From contig CAVRNT010000001.1 of the NCBI GenBank assembly GCA_963722655.1, positions 244,994-308,993 of the forward strand: a DNA stretch of 64,000 bases, written 5' to 3'. Source of the stretch: an uncultured bacterium (GTDB lineage Bacteria > Patescibacteriota > Minisyncoccia > UBA6257 > GWB1-50-10). The notes under the pieces are model-generated. The model ran no database searches. It saw only the letters and a list, made by a program, of their open reading frames with translations, and was not told where the DNA came from. This document shows positions 44,358 to 53,490 of this stretch, piece after piece (position 1 is the stretch's first letter; each line of letters begins with the position of its first letter). Position numbers and translations under genes: made by a program.

Positions 44358-45365
44358 TTGATCAAAATGAACAATGGCATGAAGAGGTTCAAAGGCCCGG
44401 ATGGACTAAAACAATACCTAAGCCCCCAAGGGTTCAATGGTTCAATGGTCGAATTGCCTCTGGCGTTCAACCCGTTTTACGAGGACGGCGTTCGCATTTC
44501 GGCGATGATTTTATACAACAACCCAACGCTGAGCGGAAAATTCTTCCCGGCCGCGAACATGCTCCAGAAGGCGAAGGAAAGCGGGAAGTTGACCGGTAAA
44601 AAGGTGGTGAAGGAGGCATCGAGTGGGAACATGGCCGGGTCGTTCGGGATGCTTTCGTGGTCCTATGGCATAGAGAGGGTGGTGGCGATCGTCCCGCCAA
44701 ACATAGCGGCCGGCAAGAAGAAGCTGCTTGAGGTTCTCGGATTAGAGGTTATCGTCGATTCCAACGGCATTGAAAAGGCCAAAGAACTGAATTCTCAAGA
44801 TGAGATCAATTTGTGGCAATACGGGAATTCCGATAACCCGGCCGGTTACGAGGAATTCCTCGCGCCGGAGCTCTGGGAACTCTCCGAAGGTAAAATATCC
44901 CTTTTTGTCGCCGGTCTCGGTACGACGGGAACGATGCAGGGTGTCGCCAATTATCTCAAGAAACTGAAAGCGCCGACCAAGACGCTCGGCGTCATCACGT
45001 CTCCCGGGGAAATAGTGCCTGGCGTTCGCACCGACGAGCGGCTGAAAGAGGTCAGCTTTGATTGGAAAGATTCCGTCGACTTTACGACCTACGTCGGGAA
45101 AGACGATTCGATGGTCTTGAGTTTGGCGCTTAGTCGTATGGGGCTCTTGGCCGGTCCCAGTTCCGGTTTCGCTCTGGCGGGCCTGCTCCAGTTCATCGCG
45201 GAAAATAAGACAAAGCTGGACGATCTCAGGAACGCGGACGGGGAAGTGGATACGATGTTCATCTGTTTCGACACTTTACTGCCCTATCTTGACGATTATC
45301 TTCCGTACGTGCCGGGCCTGAAGGATCGTTTAGTGAAATATTTCGGATCGCTGAAGCGGACTTAG
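44358..45365 (+). CDS. PLP-dependent enzyme, cysteine synthase/CBS (fold type II) family
   Basis: NPTLSGKFF (PLP-Lys region, compare NPsgSvKDR) and KEASSGNMAGSFG (compare vEaTSGNTGIALA); lower GC than flanks. Confidence 0.5.
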   Translation: MIKMNNGMKRFKGPDGLKQYLSPQGFNGSMVELPLAFNPFYEDGVRISAMILYNNPTLSGKFFPAANMLQKAKESGKLTGKKVVKEASSGNMAGSFGMLSWSYGIERVVAIVPPNIAAGKKKLLEVLGLEVIVDSNGIEKAKELNSQDEINLWQYGNSDNPAGYEEFLAPELWELSEGKISLFVAGLGTTGTMQGVANYLKKLKAPTKTLGVITSPGEIVPGVRTDERLKEVSFDWKDSVDFTTYVGKDDSMVLSLALSRMGLLAGPSSGFALAGLLQFIAENKTKLDDLRNADGEVDTMFICFDTLLPYLDDYLPYVPGLKDRLVKYFGSLKRT

Positions 45366-45393
45366 GTCCGCTTTTTTTTATAATGCAGGGGAC

Positions 45394-46197
45394 GTGCTAT
45401 ACTCCAAAGATATGAAGATCTCTCCCAAGAACATTGTTGTGACCGTCGTAACGGTCATCGTCGCCCTCCTCGTCATTTATTTTTGGGGCACGGCGCCGGC
45501 CCCAAAGATCGCCCCACTGGGGGATTTTACCGTCGCCTCGACGACCTTGAGCGATAGCGGAATGATCGCCGGGCAAAGTTACACCGTGACCGTCTACTAT
45601 CCGGTCGTCTCCGGCGCCCAGAATGCCGCGACCTTCAATGCCTACGCTTTAACACTCGTCCGGAGCCAGGTGGACGATTTTAAGACGGCCGTTTCCCAAA
45701 GCGACGTTTCCAATCTACCGCCAGAGATCAAAAACCTCGCGAACACGTTCAACATCCGGTATTCGGTTGACGGCACCTCGACCGACTACGTGAGCGTCCT
45801 CTTCGGTTCCGAAACTTACCTGCTCGGTATGGCCCATCCGGCACACCTCTTAACCTCGTTGAACGTCGACCTGCGGAGCGGCGCCGTCATCGGCCTCACC
45901 GACCTTTTCAAGCCCGGCAGCGATTATTTGCAAAAGCTTTCCGACATTTCCACGGCCGATCTTTTATCCCAGATCCAGAGCGGTGAGTACGGTTCGACGC
46001 CCGACTTCCTTTCCCAGACGGGCGGCGCCTCGGCCAGTGCCGATAACTTCCAGGTCTTCGGTCTTTCGCCCCAAGGCCTCGTCATCCACTTCCAGGATTA
46101 CCAGGTCGGTCCCGGCGCCGCCGGCCCCGCAACCGTCGTCATTCCTTACGGTGACCTGAAGGACGTCGCCGCCCCCGGCGGGTTTCTAGATAAATAA
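45394..46197 (+). CDS. membrane-anchored DUF3298/DUF4163-like protein
   Basis: N-terminal TM; domain architecture reminiscent of RsiV/PdaC N-terminal domains. Confidence 0.4.
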   Translation: MLYSKDMKISPKNIVVTVVTVIVALLVIYFWGTAPAPKIAPLGDFTVASTTLSDSGMIAGQSYTVTVYYPVVSGAQNAATFNAYALTLVRSQVDDFKTAVSQSDVSNLPPEIKNLANTFNIRYSVDGTSTDYVSVLFGSETYLLGMAHPAHLLTSLNVDLRSGAVIGLTDLFKPGSDYLQKLSDISTADLLSQIQSGEYGSTPDFLSQTGGASASADNFQVFGLSPQGLVIHFQDYQVGPGAAGPATVVIPYGDLKDVAAPGGFLDK

Positions 46198-46199
46198 CG

Positions 46200-46955
46200 A
46201 TGAAATTGATCTTCAACAAAGTGACAACCTTCTCCCGCATCTTCGCCATCATCATAATGGTCGCCTTGCCGTTCTGGGGTTTCTACGTCGGCTACGAGTA
46301 CGGTCTCGTCCAAGTGCCGGCCGCACCCGTGAGTGGTTCCACCCTCTCGAATGCGGCACCCGTGATGTCCTACGGGACGGCCTCGGGCACCGTCGTTTAC
46401 GCGCCCTTCGAGCCGAAGACCTACTCGACGAGTTTCTACAGTAAGGGCGTCGGGCCGCTCTACTCCTACTCCTTTTCTTATCCGCGCGATTTTGGTCTCG
46501 CGACCGGCGACCAGGCCTCGGCCGGGAGTTTCTTGATGGATGCCGCCCAAGTTTCTGTCCGCACGCCGTCGGACGCTTTCCAAAATCCCAAGTCCAATTT
46601 CGGCGATGCGTCCTTCGTCGTTTCCGTCGCCTCCGGCGCAACCGCCATTGCCGATTGTTACGACATGCCGCAAGGGGCGCGCGGCGGCACTGCCGCAACG
46701 TCCACCGTGACGGTGAACGGCCAGCAATTCGTGGCGTCCGCGACGACTGGCGTCGGCGCGGGGCAGATCTACGACTCCCGGATCTACCGAACCGTCTTCA
46801 ATAACTTCTGCTTCGAAGCCGCGCTCACGGTCCACACCGGGAACATCGGGATGTACACGCCCGGCACCGTCGTCCAGTTCGACGAGAGTAAGGCCTTCGG
46901 CGTTTTGGGTACGATCCTGAACTCTCTAAAGATCAGCACGAGCACTTTGCAGTGA
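46200..46955 (+). CDS. membrane-anchored hypothetical protein
   Basis: 251 aa with an N-terminal TM and a Ser/Thr/Gly-rich extracytoplasmic domain. Confidence 0.4.
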   Translation: MKLIFNKVTTFSRIFAIIIMVALPFWGFYVGYEYGLVQVPAAPVSGSTLSNAAPVMSYGTASGTVVYAPFEPKTYSTSFYSKGVGPLYSYSFSYPRDFGLATGDQASAGSFLMDAAQVSVRTPSDAFQNPKSNFGDASFVVSVASGATAIADCYDMPQGARGGTAATSTVTVNGQQFVASATTGVGAGQIYDSRIYRTVFNNFCFEAALTVHTGNIGMYTPGTVVQFDESKAFGVLGTILNSLKISTSTLQ

Positions 46956-46958
46956 GAA

Positions 46959-47177
46959 ATGAGGATCTTCGTTAAGGTCAAACCGAACGCGAAAGCGGAA
47001 CGGGTCTCGCGTCTGGATGAGAATCATTTTTCGATATCGGTGAAAGAATCGCCTAAGGAGGGGCGGGCGAATACGGCGGTCGTAAGGGCGCTCGCGGCAG
47101 AGCTCGGAGTTGCGCCGTCGCACATCGCTCTCGTCTCCGGCGCGGCATCGCGCGAAAAAGCGTTCGAAGTAAATTAA
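46959..47177 (+). CDS. DUF167 (YggU) family protein
   Basis: 72 aa; MRIFVKVKPNAK....VSGAASREKAFEV pattern of YggU. Confidence 0.7.
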   Translation: MRIFVKVKPNAKAERVSRLDENHFSISVKESPKEGRANTAVVRALAAELGVAPSHIALVSGAASREKAFEVN

Positions 47178-47749
47178 GAAAGCGCCGCGATCACTTCGGC
47201 GGTCTTTTTGACCAAGCCGATGCGGGGGAAAACGGTCTTGAAGACGAAGTTGTGTTCCTCCGCGCTCATCGCCGCGCAGGCGTCCTCGACCAAGATTTGG
47301 TCGTAACCGTATTCATAGGCGAAACGGGCGGTGCTCTCGACGCCGATATTCGTCGAGATACCGCAGAGGATTATCGTTCTCACGCCGCGGCGGCGCAGTT
47401 CCAAGTCGATCTCCGTGCCGTAAAAGGCGCCCCACTGGCGTTTGGTGATGACGAGATCGCCCGGCTGCGGTCCCATCTCGGGGACGATCTCGGCCCAATC
47501 CGGCGGAGGCGTCGGCCGCTGCATTTGGACGTCAGCGGCCGGGTGGAGGGCGTCTTTGCCGTCCGGCGAAGGAGTTACGCGCACTAGGAAGACCGGCATC
47601 CCGTTTTTGCGGCAAGCGTCGGCGAGCGCGGCAGCGTTCCTCACGACCTCCGCTCCGGAGTGAGGCGCCCGCTCACCGGAGACGATGCCTTTTTGGAGGT
47701 CGATGACGACCAAGGCGGTCGTCATCCTGTCTATTTTGGTTTCGTTCAT
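47174..47749 (-). CDS. isochorismatase-family cysteine hydrolase
   Basis: ALVVIDLQ and ILCGISTNIGVESTAR motifs. Confidence 0.8.
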   Translation of the reverse strand: MNETKIDRMTTALVVIDLQKGIVSGERAPHSGAEVVRNAAALADACRKNGMPVFLVRVTPSPDGKDALHPAADVQMQRPTPPPDWAEIVPEMGPQPGDLVITKRQWGAFYGTEIDLELRRRGVRTIILCGISTNIGVESTARFAYEYGYDQILVEDACAAMSAEEHNFVFKTVFPRIGLVKKTAEVIAALS

Positions 47750-47750
47750 A

Positions 47751-48320
47751 TCAGTTAATACGGAAGAAATAGCCGATTGCGACGCCGACGGCGATTGCGA
47801 TACCTCCCAAAAGGAGCATCTCCAGTCCTTTCTTCCAGAGATTTAGCTTGACTAATTTGGCGTTCACGATGCCCAAGATGAAGAGCGTGATGAGGGAAAG
47901 GACGACCGAGACGATGAAGCCGACGCTTTGAACCGCGACGATGTACGGAAAGAGAGGAATGAAGCCGGCAACGGCGAAGGAGAGGAACATAATGACCCCG
48001 TCCTTGAATGAGCGGCGGACCGCCCTCTTGTTCTCCTCGGAAAGATATTCGGCGCCGGAGTGCTCCGAAAGGAAGCTGCCGACTGCCATGGAAAAGGCCT
48101 CGACGAAGAGGTAAATCATCCCGGTCCCGAGGATCGCGCCGCGCGAGGCGCCGGCGGCGTCGAGCCCCGCGAGGAGGCCGACGGTGGAGACCAAGCTGTC
48201 CTCTACGCCGAAGGTGAAGCTCCGAATGTATGAAGCGAAAGATTGCTTTTCCTCCTCTAACATCTTCCTTATCTTATCATAAAAAGCGATAATGTATTCA
48301 TGTTTTGGAGGATCGGTCAT
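47751..48320 (-). CDS. VIT1/CCC1 family iron/manganese transporter
   Basis: FGVEDSLVSTVGLLAGL motif plus C-terminal TM bundle. Confidence 0.75.
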   Translation of the reverse strand: MTDPPKHEYIIAFYDKIRKMLEEEKQSFASYIRSFTFGVEDSLVSTVGLLAGLDAAGASRGAILGTGMIYLFVEAFSMAVGSFLSEHSGAEYLSEENKRAVRRSFKDGVIMFLSFAVAGFIPLFPYIVAVQSVGFIVSVVLSLITLFILGIVNAKLVKLNLWKKGLEMLLLGGIAIAVGVAIGYFFRIN

Positions 48321-48971
48321 CGGGGAGCGGCGGGGTACGAACCGGAGAACACCTTACGGTCTTTCCGGCGCGCGCTCGAGATCGGCGTGGATATGATCGA
48401 GCTCGACGTTCGCCGCACGAAGGACGGCAAGGTCGTCGTCATCCACGACGACACGGTGGACCGGACGACGAATGGCAGCGGCGCGATCGGCGAGATGACG
48501 CTCGCCGAGATAATGGAGCTGGACGCCGGCCGGGGAGAAAAGATACCGACGCTCGACGAGGTCCTGGACCTCGTGAAAGGTAGGGTGCCGCTGGATATCG
48601 AGATCAAGGACAAGGGTCTCGGCGCAGAAGTTGGCCGGCTCCTCACGCAACGTATCGAAAGTAGAGCAAAGCCGAAAGATCTCGTCGTTTCTTCTTTCCT
48701 ACCGCGCGAGCTCGCGGCGGGGAATTTCCCCGATCTGCAGCGCATTCTGCTCGTCGAGAACGGCTCGGATGATGACATCAAGTCCGCAATCGCGCTGCGC
48801 GCTTGGGGCATCGGTCCAAAAGCCGAAAAGATAGACGAGGAGTTCCTCAAAGAAGCGCACGATGCCGGGTTGCAGGTGCTTGCGTGGACGGCCGACGAAC
48901 CGCCGCTCATCGCTAAGCTCAAGAAACTCGGCGTGGACGGAATTTTCAGCAATTTTCCAGACCGGCTATGA
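48300..48971 (+). CDS. glycerophosphodiester phosphodiesterase
   Basis: IGHRGAAGYEPENTL and MIELDV motifs (GDPD). Confidence 0.85.
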   Translation: MFWRIGHRGAAGYEPENTLRSFRRALEIGVDMIELDVRRTKDGKVVVIHDDTVDRTTNGSGAIGEMTLAEIMELDAGRGEKIPTLDEVLDLVKGRVPLDIEIKDKGLGAEVGRLLTQRIESRAKPKDLVVSSFLPRELAAGNFPDLQRILLVENGSDDDIKSAIALRAWGIGPKAEKIDEEFLKEAHDAGLQVLAWTADEPPLIAKLKKLGVDGIFSNFPDRL

Positions 48972-49300
48972 AGATCTGGAACGCGACCAAGGGAATAGCG
49001 CTTTCGGAGAACGTCCTGGTCTTAAAGACGCTCGCCGAGAAGGCGAGCGGCCTCATCGACGTGGAGGAGCCGCACGCCGCCTTCTTCAAGACCCGTTTCG
49101 GCGTTCACACCTTCGGGATGAGCCGGCCGCTCGACTGCCTGATTTTGGACGATTTGAACCGCGTCCGCCGGATCAAGGAGAACTTGCAGCCGAACAAAAT
49201 GTTCTTCTATCCGCCGGTTTGGAAGAACGTGGTGGAGCTCCCGGCGGGGACTGTCAGGATGACAGGAACGGAGGTAGATGATAAAATCGAAATAACATGA
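48968..49300 (+). CDS. DUF192 domain protein
   Basis: 110 aa; GL...EEPHAAFFKT...HTFGMSRPLDCLILDD pattern. Confidence 0.65.
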   Translation: MKIWNATKGIALSENVLVLKTLAEKASGLIDVEEPHAAFFKTRFGVHTFGMSRPLDCLILDDLNRVRRIKENLQPNKMFFYPPVWKNVVELPAGTVRMTGTEVDDKIEIT

Positions 49301-49737
49301 AAAACAATATGCCGATAATCATCGTCGCGTTAGTTCTCGTCGTTATCATCGTGGTTTTGGTCATCGTCTTCGGACAAAAGCCGGCGACGCAGCCGACTAG
49401 TGGTCTCCAGATTACGGACGTGACCATGGGTACCGGGACCGTCGCCGAGGCGGGGGATACCGTCACCGTTAACTATGTCGGTTCGTTCCCCAACGGTCAG
49501 GTCTTTGACGCCTCCGCCGATCACGGTACGAGCGGCTTCGCTTTCGTCCTCGGGGCGGGCGATGTCATCAAGGGCTGGGATGAAGGCGTTTTGGGAATGA
49601 AGGTCGGCGGCGAGCGAAAGCTCGTCGTGCCGCCGGAACTGGGCTACGGTGCGCAGGGCGCGGGAGGCGGCGTCATCCCGCCGAACGCGACGCTCGATTT
49701 CGATATCACTCTCCTCAACGTCCAGAAGGCGCAATAA
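49297..49737 (+). CDS. FKBP-type peptidyl-prolyl cis-trans isomerase (membrane-anchored)
   Basis: N-terminal TM then FKBP domain (VTVNYVGSFPNGQVFDAS...GAGDVIKGWDEGVLGMKVGGERKLVVPPELGYG). Confidence 0.85.
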   Translation: MKNNMPIIIVALVLVVIIVVLVIVFGQKPATQPTSGLQITDVTMGTGTVAEAGDTVTVNYVGSFPNGQVFDASADHGTSGFAFVLGAGDVIKGWDEGVLGMKVGGERKLVVPPELGYGAQGAGGGVIPPNATLDFDITLLNVQKAQ

Positions 49738-49820
49738 TCCCGCACCGCACATTCTGCCAGTCGGGCGCTCCGGCCCGCTAGACCAAGTCCTACCCTCCTG
49801 GCAGAATGTGCGGTGCGGGA
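49738..49820. repeat. perfect 23-bp inverted repeat with a 37-nt spacer
   Basis: tCCCGCACCGCACATTCTGCCAG ...37 nt... CTGGCAGAATGTGCGGTGCGGGa in the convergent intergenic region FKBP / DUF378. Confidence 0.9.
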
Positions 49821-49837
49821 ATTACGGTCGAAACAAA

Positions 49838-49868
49838 AAACCCGCCCATGAGGCGGGCTTTTCGTTCC
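49838..49868. terminator. bidirectional rho-independent terminator
   Basis: aaaaaaCCCGCCcatgaGGCGGGcttttcg. Confidence 0.7.
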
Positions 49869-49877
49869 AAATTGGTT

Positions 49878-50105
49878 TTAGGCCTGCGGCATCGCCGCCG
49901 ATCTCTTCCCGGAGAAGAGGAAACTAATCCCCCAGAGACCGGAAATGCCGACCAAGATGTAAATGATGGTCGAAATGACCGACCCCATCCCGAAGATCGC
50001 GTCCACGACGTTGAAGTTAAAGACCCCCACTAACCCCCAGTTTATGGAGCCGATAACCATCAAAAGCATCGCGATCCATTTGAGCGTTGACATTTGTTGG
50101 TTCAA
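49878..50105 (-). CDS. DUF378 family small membrane protein
   Basis: 75 aa; INWGLVGVFNFNVVDAIFG motif. Confidence 0.65.
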   Translation of the reverse strand: MNQQMSTLKWIAMLLMVIGSINWGLVGVFNFNVVDAIFGMGSVISTIIYILVGISGLWGISFLFSGKRSAAMPQA

Positions 50106-50168
50106 TTTTTTTTCGGCCTTTGCTCCATTATATCATAACGGCGCGAAAAAATGGCATAATGAAAGCGA

Positions 50169-51434
50169 ATGTCATTGTGGAAGGACCTCAAAAAGATCGG
50201 CCAAAGGGTGGGGCCGGGGATAATCACGGGCGCCTCGGACGACGACCCGTCGGGCATATCGACCTACCTCCAATCCGGCTTCGCCTTCGGCTTCAAGACG
50301 CTCTGGCTCGCGCTCATCAATCTCCCGTTCATGATCTCCATTCAGGAGATGTCGGCCCGTCTCGGCTACGCGACGGACAAGGGTCTCGCGCGGCTCATCA
50401 AGGAGCACTTCCGGCCGTGGGTGCTGTATTCGATCGCCGGGGCCGCCGTGATCGTCATCACGGTAAACATCGGCGCCGATCTCCTCGCCGTCTCCTCGGT
50501 CCTCGAGGAGCTCTTGGGCGTCACCCGGGCCTTCTGGCTACCCCTCGTCGCGCTCACCATTCTCTTTTTCACCGTCGTCCTTTCCTACCCTAGGTTCGCC
50601 GCCGTCCTCAAATGGCTCACCCTCTCGCTCCTCTTCTACGTCGCGGTCGTCTTCTTCATTCACATCGATTGGCTCACGGCCCTTGAGGCGACCGTCATCC
50701 CGCAGGTCACCTGGACCAAGGACTTCGCGCTCCTCTTCGCCGCCTTCTTCGGCACGACCGTCTCGCCGTACCTCTTCTTCTGGCAGGCGGACGAGGAGGT
50801 GGAGGAACGCGATGAGGTCACGCGGGAGAAAAAGCTCAAGCGTTTCCTCGTGACCAAGAACGAATTGAAGCATCTGCGGCGCGATACGACCATCGGGATG
50901 GTCTTTTCAGAGGTCGTTACTTGGTTCATTGTCGTCGCAGCCGCCGGACTTTTCTTCGTTGCCGGACCCCAGATCATCACGAGCTTCGCGCAGGCCTCGA
51001 CGGTGCTTAGACCGCTTCTTGGACCCTTCGCCTTCCTCGCCTTCGCATTGGGCATCGTCGGCACGGGACTCCTTGCCATCCCGGTCCTCGGGGGCAGCGT
51101 GGGCTATGTCTTGGCGGAGATCTTCAACCTCAAAGAGGGGATGAACAAGACCTGGCGCAAGGCGCGCGGCTTCTATCTCGTCATCATCGGCGCGACGATA
51201 ATCGGTCTCGCGATGAACTTCTTGAACTTGGACCCAATTCGGCTCCTCATCACCACGGCGGCGCTTTACGCCGTCATCACCCCGCCCCTCGTCTGGCTCA
51301 TCGTGAAGCTCGCAAACAAGAAAAGTGTGCTGGGGGAGAGGGTCAATACGCCGTGGGCCAACTTCTGGGGATACGCCACCCTCCTCTTTTCGGTCTTCGT
51401 GGCCGTCACATATCTCGCGGTGACTTTCTTGTGA
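50169..51434 (+). CDS. NRAMP-family divalent metal cation transporter
   Basis: GPGIITGASDDDPSGISTY N-terminal signature, 11 predicted TM segments. Confidence 0.65.
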   Translation: MSLWKDLKKIGQRVGPGIITGASDDDPSGISTYLQSGFAFGFKTLWLALINLPFMISIQEMSARLGYATDKGLARLIKEHFRPWVLYSIAGAAVIVITVNIGADLLAVSSVLEELLGVTRAFWLPLVALTILFFTVVLSYPRFAAVLKWLTLSLLFYVAVVFFIHIDWLTALEATVIPQVTWTKDFALLFAAFFGTTVSPYLFFWQADEEVEERDEVTREKKLKRFLVTKNELKHLRRDTTIGMVFSEVVTWFIVVAAAGLFFVAGPQIITSFAQASTVLRPLLGPFAFLAFALGIVGTGLLAIPVLGGSVGYVLAEIFNLKEGMNKTWRKARGFYLVIIGATIIGLAMNFLNLDPIRLLITTAALYAVITPPLVWLIVKLANKKSVLGERVNTPWANFWGYATLLFSVFVAVTYLAVTFL

Positions 51435-51447
51435 TACAATCTGAATT

Positions 51448-52776
51448 ATGAAGATCGACCCTAAACTTCCGACCGGCTTTAAGGACTACCTGCCCGAAGA
51501 GGCCCGGGCGCGGGAGAAGATCCTCGGGAAGATCAAGGAGCAGTTCGAGCTCTTCGGCTTTGCGCCACTTGAAACGCCGGGCCTCGAAAGGGAAGAGGTG
51601 CTGACCGGAGGCGACGAGAATTTCAAAAAACAGATATTCAAGGCGGGCCTCCCGGGAATGAAGGAAAAACTGGCTCTGCGTTTCGACCTCACAGTGCCTC
51701 TCGCGCGCGTCGCCGCCGCCTATCCGAACGCGATCCAGAAGCCCTTCAAGCGTTATCAGATCGGCGAGGTCTGGCGGGGCGAACGACCCCAGGCCGGCCG
51801 CTTCCGCGAGTTCCTCCAGTGCGACGCGGACATCGTTGGCGCGCCGGGGGTGCTGGCCGACGCCGAGATCGTGAACCTCATTTACCGCGTGATGGGCTCT
51901 TTGGGTTTCCGCAATTTCCTTATCCGCTTGAACGACCGCAAGCTCCTGAACGGCCTGGCCGCCTACGCCGGATTCCCGGCGAAGAAGGTGCCGGACGTTC
52001 TGCGGGCCATCGACAAGCTCGACAAACTCGGCTGGGGAGAGGTCAAAAAGGAGCTGACCGAAAAGAGCGGCGCGAATCTCGGCAAAAGTTCCATCGAGGC
52101 CGTGAAGCGTTTTTTGGATATAGAAAGCGGTAGCAAGGGAGCGCTTTCGGACGTCAAAAAGCTCTTCGCCGGTTCGAAGGAGGCCCAGGAAGGCATTGAT
52201 GAGTTGATCGCTCTCCAAAGGGCGCTCCTAGCCCTTGGCGTGCCGGAAAAGAACTGGACCATCGACTTTTCCGTCGCCCGCGGCCTCGGGTATTACACCG
52301 GCCCGGTCTTCGAGACGGTCCTGCCGGAGGCGCTCCAGTTCGGGAGTGTGATGTCCGGCGGCCGTTACGACGGCCTTATCGGTCGCTTCGGCGGCGTGAA
52401 CGTTCCGGCGACCGGCGTTTCGGTGGGCTTGGACCGGCTCTTCGCCGCGATGAAGGGGCTGCGGATGATCGGGGATGGCGGAGAAGCGGGCGTGCTCGTC
52501 TTGAACTTCGACCCGGCAGCGACGGAGGTCTGCCTCGGCGTTTTGAGCGACCTCCGCGACGCTGGCGTAACGGCCGAAATCTATCTGGGGAACGAAAAGA
52601 CACTCACGGGCCAATTGGCCTACGCCGTGAAGCGCGATTATCCCGTCGCGGTCATATTGGGCGGCGCCGAGATGCAAAAGGGCGTCGCGCAGGTGAAGGA
52701 CCTCCGCCGCCGCGACCAGAAGACCATGGCGCTTGGGAGCGTCCCGGCCCACGTCCAGGTGCTGCTTGGGAAATAA
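51448..52776 (+). CDS. hisS: histidyl-tRNA synthetase
   Basis: Class II motifs (RFREFLQCDADIVG motif 2, GGRYDGL motif 3) plus C-terminal anticodon-binding domain (VLVLNFDP...AVILGGAEMQKGVAQVKDL). Confidence 0.85.
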   Translation: MKIDPKLPTGFKDYLPEEARAREKILGKIKEQFELFGFAPLETPGLEREEVLTGGDENFKKQIFKAGLPGMKEKLALRFDLTVPLARVAAAYPNAIQKPFKRYQIGEVWRGERPQAGRFREFLQCDADIVGAPGVLADAEIVNLIYRVMGSLGFRNFLIRLNDRKLLNGLAAYAGFPAKKVPDVLRAIDKLDKLGWGEVKKELTEKSGANLGKSSIEAVKRFLDIESGSKGALSDVKKLFAGSKEAQEGIDELIALQRALLALGVPEKNWTIDFSVARGLGYYTGPVFETVLPEALQFGSVMSGGRYDGLIGRFGGVNVPATGVSVGLDRLFAAMKGLRMIGDGGEAGVLVLNFDPAATEVCLGVLSDLRDAGVTAEIYLGNEKTLTGQLAYAVKRDYPVAVILGGAEMQKGVAQVKDLRRRDQKTMALGSVPAHVQVLLGK

Positions 52777-52777
52777 G

Positions 52778-53422
52778 ATGAACCGAGAGGAAAAGATCGT
52801 CGCTCTCGCGAAATTGAAGAAAGAACTCGCCGAAAACGAGAACCTCCCGCTCCGCGAGGCGAAACTCGTCGTGGGGGAGGGCGACCCGGAGTCCGAAGTG
52901 ATGTTCATCGGCGAAGCGCCGGGGTTCTATGAAGACAAGTTGGAGCGGCCGTTCGTCGGCCGGGCGGGGAAGCTGCTCGACAAATTGGTTGAGGATAACG
53001 GCTGGAAGAGGAGCGATGTCTACATCACGAACATTGTGAAGCGTCGGCCGCCAGGGAACCGCGACCCGGAGGCGGAAGAACTCGAGGCCTATCGGCCTTA
53101 CCTCGCGCGCGAGATAGAGATACTGGACCCGAAGATCATCGCTCCCCTCGGGCGGTATTCGATGAACTACATCTTGCCGAACGCGAAGATCTCCCAAGAC
53201 CACGGCCGGGTCTTCTGGTGGGGAGATCGGCTCGTCATTCCTTTATACCATCCGGCCGCCGCGCTCCGCTCCACGAGCGTTTTGGAAGAGCTTGAGAAGG
53301 ATTTCAAAAAGTTGAAGGTCCTGCCCGGCAAATATGCCGAGTTCCTCGCCGAGCGGAGGGAGAAGCAAAAGACCAATCCCGCCGCGAGCTTCGAAAAGAA
53401 GGAGCAGGAGAAGTTGTTTTAA
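52778..53422 (+). CDS. uracil-DNA glycosylase, family 4
   Basis: GEGDPESEVMFIGEAPG and PFVGRAGKLL motifs; start is 2 nt after the hisS stop. Confidence 0.85.
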   Translation: MNREEKIVALAKLKKELAENENLPLREAKLVVGEGDPESEVMFIGEAPGFYEDKLERPFVGRAGKLLDKLVEDNGWKRSDVYITNIVKRRPPGNRDPEAEELEAYRPYLAREIEILDPKIIAPLGRYSMNYILPNAKISQDHGRVFWWGDRLVIPLYHPAAALRSTSVLEELEKDFKKLKVLPGKYAEFLAERREKQKTNPAASFEKKEQEKLF

Positions 53423-53490
53423 CTGTCCTTGACCGATGCCGCCCTAAGGCGGTATTTTTATGGCAGCTAATAAAAATATAGGAGGACGAA

